Source: an uncultured bacterium (lineage in GTDB: Bacteria > Margulisbacteria > WOR-1 > CAVSGV01). From it: a stretch of DNA of 32,000 nucleotides. Below the pieces are notes generated by a model. The model was given only the letters and a program-made list of their open reading frames with translations. It ran no database searches and was not told the origin of the DNA. The translations under genes and the position numbers were made by a program. The stretch spans positions 870,001 to 902,000 of the forward strand of contig OY969425.1 of assembly GCA_963699255.1 (NCBI GenBank), in the 5' to 3' direction. Every line of letters starts with the position of its first letter. The stretch's first letter is position 1. This document shows positions 16,289 through 24,951 of this stretch, one piece after another.

Positions 16289-16928
16289 TATGGTCTTTCT
16301 CCTTTGAATGTGCGTAGCACACCTTAATTACCTGCCTGTCGACTTGTCCGCCTCTGGCGGAAGCCTCGGCGAAGGCGGGGGCATTGTTCATTGGTAGTTG
16401 GTCATTCTCCTTTGGCGGAACCATGGAAAAAGCAACACAGAAATACAATGAGCAATCACTTGAGGAGGCTCAAGGAATGCCTTCATTCCGCTCTGGAAAC
16501 GCTCAGATTAAGCAGACAGACCAGCTTCGCCTGCCTTGGCCTTTGGCGGGCCCATCGTGGCAGGGAACGTTCCTCAAGAGCCACGAGTCGAACAATCTTT
16601 GTGACGGACAGCTTGTCCCGTCCAGCGTAGCGGGACAATGAGCTTCTTCTTTTCGAGGATCCCGAAAGCTTCTTTGGCTGTGTGAACAGCAATAACTTCA
16701 AGCTCTCAGCGTGTCTTCAACTCTTTGGGTCAGGTTCTTCTGTCTTCTGTTCGTGTTCATATCCAAAGTCATTGATCCTTTGTCTTTCTCTAATGCTAAT
16801 GAACAACAGCTATCAATCAACTGTACAAATGAATACGTATTATATTAATTAATAAATACCTAGTGCGCGCTTGGCCGCGCGCCTGCGCTCGTGCGTACGT
16901 GCCTGTGTACGCGTATCGTATATAGAGG

Positions 16929-16963
16929 GATACTGTGAAACTCCCCGGCTAAGTCACAGTATC
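16929..16963. other. 10-bp stem-loop, perfect inverted repeat with 15-nt loop
   Basis: GATACTGTGA ... TCACAGTATC. Confidence 0.5.
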
Positions 16964-17040
16964 GGTAGTCATAAGTGCTTCTTGCTCCCGTGGATAGTAT
17001 TAGGTAGAATTATCGAGAAAGTTCGAAGATGACTCGAGTT

Positions 17041-17210
17041 CCCAGTAATCTTATAGCTACAAACCTTAGCTAACCCCAATTTTTCATCGGCACCGGCTCC
17101 GTTTTTTTCTGGCTGGTCGGTTCGGCGGCCAAAAATGGGCGGGGGCATTTTTGGCCGCCGGTCATGCTCCGCACCGCCCGAAACACAAGCATTTGCGGCG
17201 GGCAGGCAAA
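17041..17210. repeat. Left arm of a perfect 170-bp inverted repeat flanking the recombinase cassette
   Basis: Base-by-base reverse complement of 18789-18958; contains an internal CGGCGGCCAAAAATG/CATTTTTGGCCGCCG hairpin. Confidence 0.95.
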
Positions 17211-17274
17211 CCTATTGCCTCTATTGTCTCTTTTGAAAACGATTTTGGATGTTTGACTAACTTTATCAGCTTCT

Positions 17275-17511
17275 CTATTTAGTTAGTTTATCCATTGAAA
17301 GACCCAAAGCATCTGCTATAGCTTTTACCATTTCAATTCCCGGATTCTTGACCGATCCATTTTCAACCCTCATTAAATGGATTGAAGTAAATTTGCCGTC
17401 GCACTTATGAGCCAACTTTTCGCGTGACAATCCGGCCTTTTTACGGTATTTCTCTATATTCTTACCTAGGTTCATTAGTATTATTTTATCATCCTTCATA
17501 TATCTTGACAT
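17275..17511 (-). CDS. XRE-family HTH transcriptional regulator
   Basis: GKNIEKYRKKAGLSREKLAHKCDGKFTSIHLMRVENGSVKNPGIEMVKAIADALG. Confidence 0.85.
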   Translation of the reverse strand: MSRYMKDDKIILMNLGKNIEKYRKKAGLSREKLAHKCDGKFTSIHLMRVENGSVKNPGIEMVKAIADALGLSMDKLTK

Positions 17512-17539
17512 ATATACATATATGTATATACTATTCCCG

Positions 17540-19087
17540 ATGAAAATAAAAGTAGCCGTCTATACTAGAGTGTCTACCGACAACCAGGCCGAGCTTGAAT
17601 TCAATTCTTGCGAAGCTCAGGAAGCTAAGATTAACGCGTTTATCTCCAGTCAGGAGGGAATGGAAGTATTCAATGTCTATTCCGATCCCGGCTATAGCGG
17701 GGCGAATCTTAACCGCCCCGCTATGTCAGAACTGCTTGCCGACATTGAACAGGGCAAAATCGATATTGTCATATCTTACAAGATCGACAGGCTTACAAGG
17801 TCGCCAAAGGATTTCTATCACCTGATAGAGATATTCGACGGGCATAATGTATCATTTATCTCCGTAACCGAACGATTCGACACCTCTACTCCATCCGGAC
17901 GGCTCCTCAGGAATATCATGCTTACCTTTGCCCAGTTCGAGCGTGAGTTGACTAGCGAGAGGACAAGTGATAAAGCCCTCGAACGGGCAAAGAAAGGGCT
18001 TTATGGCGGCGGTGTTCGCCCTTTTGGCTATGTAAGGGCGAACAAGAAAATTATTGCGGAGCCGACCGAAGCCGCTATCATCCGAAGGATTTTCGAAACT
18101 TATATCAGGACGACGTCATTATTCAAGACTTACGAAGCCTTAAAGGCGGCTGGAATACGAAAAGGAAATAATCGCGTGTTTACTAAAGGCGACTTATTCA
18201 ACCTGCTTAGAAAACCCGTCTATGCAGGAAAGATATTGCATAATGGCACGATTTATCAGGGCATACATGAGCCGATTATCAGCGAAGAACAGTTCGAGCA
18301 AGCCCAAACGATTCATCGACATAAACTGGTCCCAAAGTGGCACCCTGCTAAGCCATTCCTTTTCCCCGGCCTCGTTAAGTGTAAGGAATGCGGCTCGACC
18401 ATGACCACAACCTTTACCAACAAGATCAAACTGAAAAAGAGGAAAAGGTATTATTACTACAATTGCACTTCAGTCTTCAAGAAAGACTGGTCAGCTTGCT
18501 CGACCAAGCTTGTCAGCGCGACTAGGCTTGAAGACTTCATCATTGAAAACTTTGAACGTATATCTCTCGATAATCTATATCTTGAAGGTTTGTGTCTTAA
18601 GCACAAAAGTATGGCCTCTGGCCACGAACAGGGATTCGAACTTTTGGATATTAAACCTGAGGGCATTAAAGAAACTCTCGTAAATGTAGTAGAAAAAGCT
18701 ACATCTAAAGAAGCTATAAACAAATCCCTGGCTTTAAGAAATTACATACAGAGCATAATTTATTCAAAAGAGTCAATAGAGATAAAGCTTTGCCTGCCCG
18801 CCGCAAATGCTTGTGTTTCGGGCGGTGCGGAGCATGACCGGCGGCCAAAAATGCCCCCGCCCATTTTTGGCCGCCGAACCGACCAGCCAGAAAAAAACGG
18901 AGCCGGTGCCGATGAAAAATTGGGGTTAGCTAAGGTTTGTAGCTATAAGATTACTGGGGGACAGGGATTCGAACCCCGATACGCAGCTCCAGAGGCTGCA
19001 GTCCTACCGTTAGACGATCCCCCAAAGCCGAACTATATCCTGTCAAATATTTTCTTTAAGACTCTTCTGCCTGTGGTAGACTTATAA
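17540..19087 (+). CDS. Large serine recombinase; the ORF reads through the right inverted-repeat arm and antisense through tRNA-Gln
   Basis: KVAVYTRVSTDNQ with catalytic Ser, YKIDRLTRS, recombinase zinc ribbon CKECGSTMT...YYYNCTSVFKKDWSAC. Likely ATG start at 17540. The tail GQGFEPRYAAPEAAVLPLDDPP is antisense translation of the tRNA. Confidence 0.88.
   Translation: MKIKVAVYTRVSTDNQAELEFNSCEAQEAKINAFISSQEGMEVFNVYSDPGYSGANLNRPAMSELLADIEQGKIDIVISYKIDRLTRSPKDFYHLIEIFDGHNVSFISVTERFDTSTPSGRLLRNIMLTFAQFERELTSERTSDKALERAKKGLYGGGVRPFGYVRANKKIIAEPTEAAIIRRIFETYIRTTSLFKTYEALKAAGIRKGNNRVFTKGDLFNLLRKPVYAGKILHNGTIYQGIHEPIISEEQFEQAQTIHRHKLVPKWHPAKPFLFPGLVKCKECGSTMTTTFTNKIKLKKRKRYYYYNCTSVFKKDWSACSTKLVSATRLEDFIIENFERISLDNLYLEGLCLKHKSMASGHEQGFELLDIKPEGIKETLVNVVEKATSKEAINKSLALRNYIQSIIYSKESIEIKLCLPAANACVSGGAEHDRRPKMPPPIFGRRTDQPEKNGAGADEKLGLAKVCSYKITGGQGFEPRYAAPEAAVLPLDDPPKPNYILSNIFFKTLLPVVDL
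18789..18958. repeat. Right arm of the perfect 170-bp inverted repeat
   Basis: Reverse complement of 17041-17210; overlaps the last 5 nt of the tRNA-Gln 3' end. Confidence 0.95.
18954..19024 (-). tRNA. tRNA-Gln(CTG)
   Basis: TGGGGGATCGTCTAACGGTAGGACTGCAGCCTCTGGAGCTGCGTATCGGGGTTCGAATCCCTGTCCCCCAG folds as a cloverleaf: U1-A72 acceptor, anticodon CTG, canonical GTTCGAAT T-loop. CCA not encoded. Confidence 0.95.
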
Positions 19088-19287
19088 TACTTTTCTCTCT
19101 TACGCGCTTCATTAAAACTATCAAACTCTTCAAGACAAACTAGTTCCCATGGCATATATCTTTTCGTATAAAAATGTTTTCCAGAATTATGCTCTCTCAA
19201 CCTTCTATTAATATCATTGGTTACTCCAACATAACTCTTTGAGGTGATTTTACTCTTAAGAACATATACTTTATATTCCACATTCAT
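19033..19287 (-). CDS. GIY-YIG endonuclease-like protein
   Basis: YKVYVLKSKITSKSYVGVTNDINRRLREHNSG...EFDSFNEARKREKYYKS. Probable ATG at 19287; the listed upstream extension runs into the tRNA remnant. Confidence 0.85.
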   Translation of the reverse strand: MNVEYKVYVLKSKITSKSYVGVTNDINRRLREHNSGKHFYTKRYMPWELVCLEEFDSFNEARKREKYYKSTTGRRVLKKIFDRI

Positions 19288-19289
19288 AA

Positions 19290-19356
19290 CTCCAGAGTCA
19301 GCAGTCCTACTCGCCTCGCTTCGCTCGTCGAAGCGGGCCGTTAGACGATCCCCCAA
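19290..19356 (-). pseudogene. tRNA-Gln 5'-half remnant interrupted by a 28-nt insertion
   Basis: TTGGGGGATCGTCTAACG (19356-19339) and GTAGGACTGC (19310-19301) match the intact tRNA-Gln exactly; 19311-19338 is an insertion with a GCTTCG/CGAAGC stem; CTCTGGAG near 19290-19298 also matches. Confidence 0.75.
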
Positions 19357-19392
19357 CGCTTCGACTCGCTTTCGCTCGCTCAGCGTAATGAC

Positions 19393-19466
19393 AAATTACC
19401 AATGACAAATTCCAAATTGGGTATTGAAGGATTGGAAATTAATTTGGAATTGAAAATTGGTAATTG
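19393..19466. repeat. Imperfect 26-bp inverted repeat
   Basis: AAATTACCAATGACAAATTCCAAATT and AATTTGGAATTGAAAATTGGTAATTG, 21/26 complementary. Confidence 0.55.
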
Positions 19467-19467
19467 A

Positions 19468-19719
19468 TCATTTTGCCGCTGGCCACCATGGCGGTATCCA
19501 CCACTGCGGCTGGAATATCAGAATGAAAAGACCATAAAGCACGATGAAGATCGAAAGTCCTATGAAAATCTTGAACTGCCAGGACATCGGTTCCTTCCAT
19601 CTCTTTACCATCCAATAGGAAAAACCTAGAGCTGCTAGGCCGGCAATGATCACCGTGATCCCTTTAAAGACCGGATTGCTGTATGTATAGATGAAAAAAC
19701 TTACGCCTTTCGGTTCCAT
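19468..19719 (-). CDS. Small membrane protein, hypothetical
   Basis: Two hydrophobic helices (GITVIIAGLAALGFSYWMV; FKIFIGLSIFIVLYGLFILIF). Confidence 0.6.
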   Translation of the reverse strand: MEPKGVSFFIYTYSNPVFKGITVIIAGLAALGFSYWMVKRWKEPMSWQFKIFIGLSIFIVLYGLFILIFQPQWWIPPWWPAAK

Positions 19720-19774
19720 AGTTAGGGAATTATATCACAAGAAGATGCCATTACAAACAAGTTGAAATGTTTAT

Positions 19775-20842
19775 TTATATGTTCTTTAGAAATGCGGGGA
19801 GTTCTATTTTTTCCTTGGGCTGGACCATCTCGGGCCTTATTTTGGCCCTTATCGCGGATTCCTCGGTCCCCGTCTCTTTTTCCAGATGCTTGAAACCGGT
19901 GGCGATCACTGTGATCACAACCTCTCCCTGGAGTTTCTCATCGATCACAGCGCCAAATATGATGTTCGCCTCAGGGTCGACCGCGTTATATATCACTTCT
20001 GCGGCGTCGTTCACTTCATAAAGCGTCAGGTCGCTTCCTCCCGTGACATTGAACACCACGCCTTTTGCTCCGTTTATGGTTTCTTCCAGGAGCGGGCTTG
20101 ATATCGCCTGTTCCGCGGCCTCCACCGCCCTGTTCTCTCCTGAAGCCGTGCCGATCCCCATCATCGCGGACCCGGCGTCGAACATGATCGTCCTTATGTC
20201 CGCAAAATCAAGATTGATCAATCCAGGTATCGTTATCAGGTCTGATATGCCTTTTACCCCGTGACGCAGAACATCATCGGCTATTCTGAATGCGTCAATG
20301 ATGGAGGTGCGCTTCTCAACGACCTGCAGGAGTTTGTCGTTCGGAATGACTATGAGGGCGTCAACTTTTTCCCTCAAAAGCACTACGCCGCTTTCTGCCT
20401 GCGAGATCCTTACCGGGCCCTCGAACCTGAACGGCTTTGTCACAACGCCGACGGTTAAAGCTCCAAGCTCCCTCGCGACCTCGGCGATTATTGGAGAGGC
20501 CCCCGTTCCGGTCCCGCCGCCCATGCCGGCGGTCAGGAAAACCATATCGGCATCTGCGAGCGCTTGTTTGATCTCTTCGCGGGATTCTTCGGCGGCTTTC
20601 TGCCCTATCTCAGGATTTGATCCAGCGCCGAGCCCCTTGGTCAATTTTCCGCCTATGGAGAGTTTGTGGTCCGCGAGTGATACTGATAAAGCCTGGATGT
20701 CCGTGTTTACAGCCCAAAATTCAACGCCTCTAAGTCCCGAGCCTATCATCCTGTTAACGGCGTTCGTCCCGCCGCCGCCTATTCCCATTACTTTTATTGT
20801 CGCGAAGGTTTTTGTGCCCTCGGCAGCATCAACATTATTCAC
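19775..20842 (-). CDS. ftsZ: Cell division protein FtsZ (full length)
   Basis: [42 protein letters not shown]; C-terminal LPAFLKNI resembles the conserved FtsZ tail peptide. Confidence 0.98.
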   Translation of the reverse strand: MNNVDAAEGTKTFATIKVMGIGGGGTNAVNRMIGSGLRGVEFWAVNTDIQALSVSLADHKLSIGGKLTKGLGAGSNPEIGQKAAEESREEIKQALADADMVFLTAGMGGGTGTGASPIIAEVARELGALTVGVVTKPFRFEGPVRISQAESGVVLLREKVDALIVIPNDKLLQVVEKRTSIIDAFRIADDVLRHGVKGISDLITIPGLINLDFADIRTIMFDAGSAMMGIGTASGENRAVEAAEQAISSPLLEETINGAKGVVFNVTGGSDLTLYEVNDAAEVIYNAVDPEANIIFGAVIDEKLQGEVVITVIATGFKHLEKETGTEESAIRAKIRPEMVQPKEKIELPAFLKNI

Positions 20843-20931
20843 CTGATTATGCCCCCAATTAAATCATCCTTGGAGCCCTGTAAGCCGTTAATATAACAGA
20901 TTTCGCGGGAAAAGCAAGCGGTTTTCGGCGA

Positions 20932-21708
20932 TCATTTATATTTAATAACTGGACTGTCCGGGACCCTTACATCTATATAATCCAACTTTGTCCACTTGCC
21001 TTTTACCGAACCAAGCATGGCCTTAACGATCATTATTTTCTTTTCCATGTCCCTCGGATCCCCGATCTTCACCTTCAGGATATCTTCAATATATATTATT
21101 ATGTCTTCCCTGTTGCCCGCTTCTATCTGTATCGTCCCAAGATCGATGAATTTTGACAGCATGTTCAGCGCAGCTCTGACAAATGCCCTGTCGCCGGAAT
21201 TAAGCCTGATCCCGCCCTCAAGGGACCCTTTATTGATCCCTCTTATGACCGGAAGCTTAGCGATATCAGATCTGTACACGGAAGAAGTCAGGCTTTGCTT
21301 GGCAATAATGTATCCTTCGTCATCAATTAAAGAAGCAACTCCTCCGATCACCGCCAAGGCGAAAGGAGTCCTTTCCTTAACGTCAATAACGATGGTGTGG
21401 GGCAGCTCCCATTTTACATTGATATCCTTGATCTGGACAACATTTGAATACTGTTTTTTAACTTTATCAAGATCGATCAGAAAGATGTTCTCTCCCTGAG
21501 GTATCTTGGCCGCATTGACGATCTTCGCCTCGGATATATAATTATTGCCGACAACCCGGACGGATGTTACCCTCCAGATGGGGAGAGACAGGATAAATCC
21601 GGCCAGTATGGAAACAAGGATCAGCGTCAGTGCGGTCCATACCGCGTACCATTCGACCAGCTTCTTCAGGTTCCTTGGTCTTGTTCTTTCCTTTTTAACG
21701 GGGGGCAT
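20932..21708 (-). CDS. ftsQ: FtsQ/DivIB-like cell division protein with POTRA domain
   Basis: N-terminal TM, then WRVTSVRVVGNNYISEAKIVNAAKIPQGENIFLIDLDKVKKQ (POTRA-like); between ddl and ftsZ. Confidence 0.85.
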   Translation of the reverse strand: MPPVKKERTRPRNLKKLVEWYAVWTALTLILVSILAGFILSLPIWRVTSVRVVGNNYISEAKIVNAAKIPQGENIFLIDLDKVKKQYSNVVQIKDINVKWELPHTIVIDVKERTPFALAVIGGVASLIDDEGYIIAKQSLTSSVYRSDIAKLPVIRGINKGSLEGGIRLNSGDRAFVRAALNMLSKFIDLGTIQIEAGNREDIIIYIEDILKVKIGDPRDMEKKIMIVKAMLGSVKGKWTKLDYIDVRVPDSPVIKYK

Positions 21709-21711
21709 TTT

Positions 21712-22653
21712 CTAGCAGGCGCTCTCAAGTATCTTTAATACGAGCTCGTCAAAAGAAATCCCCGCATACTGAGCCTCGGCCGGAAGATCGGAGGCTTGCG
21801 TCATGCCGGGAATAGTGTTCACCTCGTGGACATAGGGCGTATGGTCCCCGCTGACGATGATATCCACTCTTGAAACCCCGTGGCATCCAAGGGCTTTGTG
21901 CGCCCGCAGAGCTGTTTCCTGAGTATATTTATAAAGTTCTTTAGGCAGCTTCGCCGGAAGAATGAAATCCGTTCCGCCGGCCGTATACTTTGCCTTGTAA
22001 TCGTAAAATTCCGCTTTTGGCTTCAGTTCGAGAATGGGAAGCGCCGTCAGATCGAATCCACTTCCCAAAATTCCAACTGTTACTTCTTTGCCCTTTATGT
22101 ACTCTTCGATGAAAACATCCTTGAATGTTTCCACGGTTTCCGACAGAACTTTCTCGAGCTTTTCCTCATCTTTCACGATCGATACTCCAAGGCTTGATCC
22201 TTCGGAGGTGGGTTTTACGACAAGAGGGAAAGGGAATATCCTTTTTATCTTTTCACATTGTTTTTCAATGCTAGCATCCGGATCGATCGTCAAATACTGA
22301 GGCGTGGGGATGCCCATCGCCTGAAATATCCTTTTTGCGGCGACCTTATTCATCGCGAGCGCGGAAGCAAGTATCCTTGATCCGGTATAAGGGATGCCGA
22401 AGTGCTCAAGCAGCCCCTGGACGGTGCCGTCCTCGCCGTATCTCCCGTGAAGCATTATATACGCGATGTCGATCTTGTTCTTTTTCAGGTTTTCGATGAG
22501 CTTTTCGTCCGAATCAAGCGATATGGCCTTAAATCCCTGATCTTTAAGGGAATTCAAGACCCTCTTGCCGCTCCTTAAGGATACTTCCCTCTCGCCCGAC
22601 CTGCCGCCCATTATGACGGCGATCTTTTTGCTTTTTAGTTTTGTCCTGTCCAT
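21712..22653 (-). CDS. ddl: D-alanine--D-alanine ligase
   Basis: KIAVIMGGRSGEREVSLRSG, MLHGRYGEDGTVQGLLE, VVKPTSEGSSLGVSIV, HEVNTIPGMT. Confidence 0.97.
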   Translation of the reverse strand: MDRTKLKSKKIAVIMGGRSGEREVSLRSGKRVLNSLKDQGFKAISLDSDEKLIENLKKNKIDIAYIMLHGRYGEDGTVQGLLEHFGIPYTGSRILASALAMNKVAAKRIFQAMGIPTPQYLTIDPDASIEKQCEKIKRIFPFPLVVKPTSEGSSLGVSIVKDEEKLEKVLSETVETFKDVFIEEYIKGKEVTVGILGSGFDLTALPILELKPKAEFYDYKAKYTAGGTDFILPAKLPKELYKYTQETALRAHKALGCHGVSRVDIIVSGDHTPYVHEVNTIPGMTQASDLPAEAQYAGISFDELVLKILESAC

Positions 22654-22681
22654 AAGTAAAATAATATCATCAAAGCCAAAG

Positions 22682-23557
22682 TTAGTCTATGACCGTAACA
22701 TCATACTTATTTATCAGTTTCACAGGGTGATACGACAGCTTCGCCCTCCTGAGCCCCCCGTCTCCCATGTCCTGCTCCCTGTTAATATATGTTAAATGAG
22801 TCCACTCGTTCTTTATGAAATGCTGATTTATGTACTGGGAAAGCCCGTCTATTTCATGATTCGCGACCTCGATATAGATGACCGCGGTATCAGGATTCAA
22901 CATCTCCCCTATCGTGAAAGCTTCTATCTTCCCGTTTATTTTCACGGCAGCGCCTTCGACGCTAAGAAAAGACAGGTTGTTCAAGGCCTCTTTTATCGGC
23001 TCATCAAAGCATACTCCGGTGGTCTTTCTCTTGCCCCACTTGTCCAGCAGCTTCAAGCAATCAGGGACCATATCCGCGGTCAGCTTTTGATATATCGGGA
23101 TATTGTTCTTTAAAAAACGCTTTATGATATTCCTTTTCCCGTCATACTTCTTTCCTTTCAGCGCCACCAGATCAACGGTCCGGTAAAGATAGTCAAAATC
23201 GTTCCTGGCGGGTTCTATCCTGTACCCGCTCTTTCCCTCAAAATGAGCTTTCACGAATTTCTCAGAAACTCTGCTGAACCTGGGGACGTGGGACAGGCAC
23301 GTCTTGATAGTTTCTTCGATCCGGTTGTCGCCCAGAGGCTCGAAGAAATAAGGGGGCTCATTGTCCGGCCTTGCGACAACGCAGATATTCCCGTTGATCG
23401 CGGTTACCTGGGACCTGTCGCAGTCCCTCCATATATAAAAGTTCGTAAAAGTAAGCTCCGAGGTCTCCTGGGGATGTTTTGAGAAGTGTGATTCGAATGA
23501 TCCCCTGTCCGCTAAGGCGATCTTCCTGAAGTCGGGGAACGACGGGACTCCGGTCAT
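22682..23557 (-). CDS. DUF2156 (phosphatidylglycerol lysyltransferase C-terminal-like) protein
   Basis: TFTNFYIWRD...FEGKSGYRIEPARNDFDYLYRTVDLVALKGKKYDGKRNIIKRF...YINREQDMGDGGLRRAKLSYHP. Confidence 0.85.
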   Translation of the reverse strand: MTGVPSFPDFRKIALADRGSFESHFSKHPQETSELTFTNFYIWRDCDRSQVTAINGNICVVARPDNEPPYFFEPLGDNRIEETIKTCLSHVPRFSRVSEKFVKAHFEGKSGYRIEPARNDFDYLYRTVDLVALKGKKYDGKRNIIKRFLKNNIPIYQKLTADMVPDCLKLLDKWGKRKTTGVCFDEPIKEALNNLSFLSVEGAAVKINGKIEAFTIGEMLNPDTAVIYIEVANHEIDGLSQYINQHFIKNEWTHLTYINREQDMGDGGLRRAKLSYHPVKLINKYDVTVID

Positions 23558-23982
23558 TTAACTTTTTTCACCATGGTCGTGCAGAGCTTTTTGTCGCAGC
23601 CCTTGCACCAGGACCTGTTCTTTTTCATGGCTTTTGGCACTTCTTGCGCTATCTTAAACCCCAGTTTTTCATAAAAAGCGGGGCTTGTGGTGTTCAGGTA
23701 CGTGTCATACTTCGCCTTATTGGCTATCTTTTCCACAATAAAGCTGCCGATACCGCATTCCCTCCAGCCGTCCTTTACGCCAAGGTTGGACAGCTCGTGT
23801 ATCCTGTGTTTTTTATGGGTTTTGAACTTCGCGACTGCGACCAGGTTCTCGCCCCTGTAAGCAACGATGAAATCATCATATCTCAGACGCGGGGTGAAAA
23901 GGTCGGTCTCCTTGATGAATTTCATGACCGGGGCTTTGTCCTCTTTTTTCGCTTTCCGGATGTCGAGATCTATCATTGATGC
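23554..23982 (-). CDS. GNAT-family N-acetyltransferase
   Basis: LDIRKAKKEDKAPVMKFI...GVKDGWRECGIGSFIVEKIANKA...YLNTTSPAFYEKLGFK; likely start at M12 of the listed ORF; overlaps the DUF2156 gene start by 4 nt. Confidence 0.8.
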   Translation of the reverse strand, partial: ASMIDLDIRKAKKEDKAPVMKFIKETDLFTPRLRYDDFIVAYRGENLVAVAKFKTHKKHRIHELSNLGVKDGWRECGIGSFIVEKIANKAKYDTYLNTTSPAFYEKLGFKIAQEVPKAMKKNRSWCKGCDKKLCTTMVKKVK

Positions 23983-24150
23983 TCCTCTTTGTGGTCTTAT
24001 TATACTACATATCAATGGAAATAGCTATTAGGGCGATCCCGGGAGCTTTATGCGTTTGGAGATGGCGATGAGGATCGTTGGATGTAAAACACGACGGGGA
24101 ACGGGAAATACCATATGGTCCATACGATACAAAAGAGGTTTATATTTGAA

Positions 24151-24849
24151 CTAAATCTGATATCGTGCCGCTAAGATCCCTTCGGGCATATCTGGTGAAG
24201 AACTTGCGTAGACATCTCTTACAAATTGATTCCCCAAGTCATCACTTACATCAAGCTCATATCTTCGGATGTTCGTGGCGGCCCCATCAGCCGTTACCAT
24301 ATCACCAGATTTATGTAGCGCCTCTTGGTATGAAGCAACGCGTTGATCAATAATAGCGCCGGCATATTTCCCCGCCACAAGATCAACGACCTTCTTCATG
24401 TCATTCCCATCGGTTATCGAGGCAAGGTCTCCTTTACCCAGCGAAGTCGCAGCATCCTGAGCTTTTTGGTATATCCCGGCCTCCGGTTTAAATGATCTTA
24501 TTTTGTTGAATACATCTATGGAATTGCTATTTCCCTGCATGCCTAAGGACGCAGCCAGCCCGGTTCTTGCTTGTTTCAAAATTGTCGGATTTTCATTAAC
24601 GCCGAAATATTTTGTCTTGTCTAATGCGTTAAGCGAGCCGAATATCGTTTCGTCTAAAGTTTGGCCAAAGCTCTTCTCATATGAGTGACTTTCTCCATCG
24701 CTGGGAAGGTAAGAAAGACTATTCGCCTTATCAAGCTCAACTTTTATTGCGGCAAAATTCTCCGTTTTATTATTCAAATTGCCTGATTTCTTCGCCGCAC
24801 CGTTAGGTGCGAATGGTTTGTTTGGATTAATGGTGTTTCCGTTACCCAT
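24151..24849 (-). CDS. Hypothetical protein
   Basis: Long ORF with SD aaaggaggt upstream of the start; no recognised domain. Confidence 0.6.
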   Translation of the reverse strand: MGNGNTINPNKPFAPNGAAKKSGNLNNKTENFAAIKVELDKANSLSYLPSDGESHSYEKSFGQTLDETIFGSLNALDKTKYFGVNENPTILKQARTGLAASLGMQGNSNSIDVFNKIRSFKPEAGIYQKAQDAATSLGKGDLASITDGNDMKKVVDLVAGKYAGAIIDQRVASYQEALHKSGDMVTADGAATNIRRYELDVSDDLGNQFVRDVYASSSPDMPEGILAARYQI

Positions 24850-24951
24850 AAGAAAACCTCCTGTTTAACTCTTGCTTACACTATATTATCGTGATAAAAC
24901 ACATAAAACTTGCATGAATTTATTGAAATAATCGGGCATTTGCTTTAGCCC

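Noticed and set aside
16150-16300. CRISPR array
   Set aside because: Only two imperfect ~50-bp units, with no spacer-repeat periodicity and no cas genes in the window.
16078-16701. ORFs in the 16.1-16.7 kb region (79aa, 62aa, 85aa, 79aa, 72aa)
   Set aside because: Overlapping in several frames, GC-repeat-driven, no convincing SDs or motifs.
16960-17045. Possible tRNA or tmRNA 3' end (GTTCGAA near 17020, CCCAG at 17041)
   Set aside because: No matching acceptor or T-stem could be built; the CCCAG belongs to the 170-bp repeat.
18954-19087. C-terminal residues GQGFEPRYAAPEAAVLPLDDPPK of the recombinase ORF as a protein domain
   Set aside because: This is antisense translation of tRNA-Gln.
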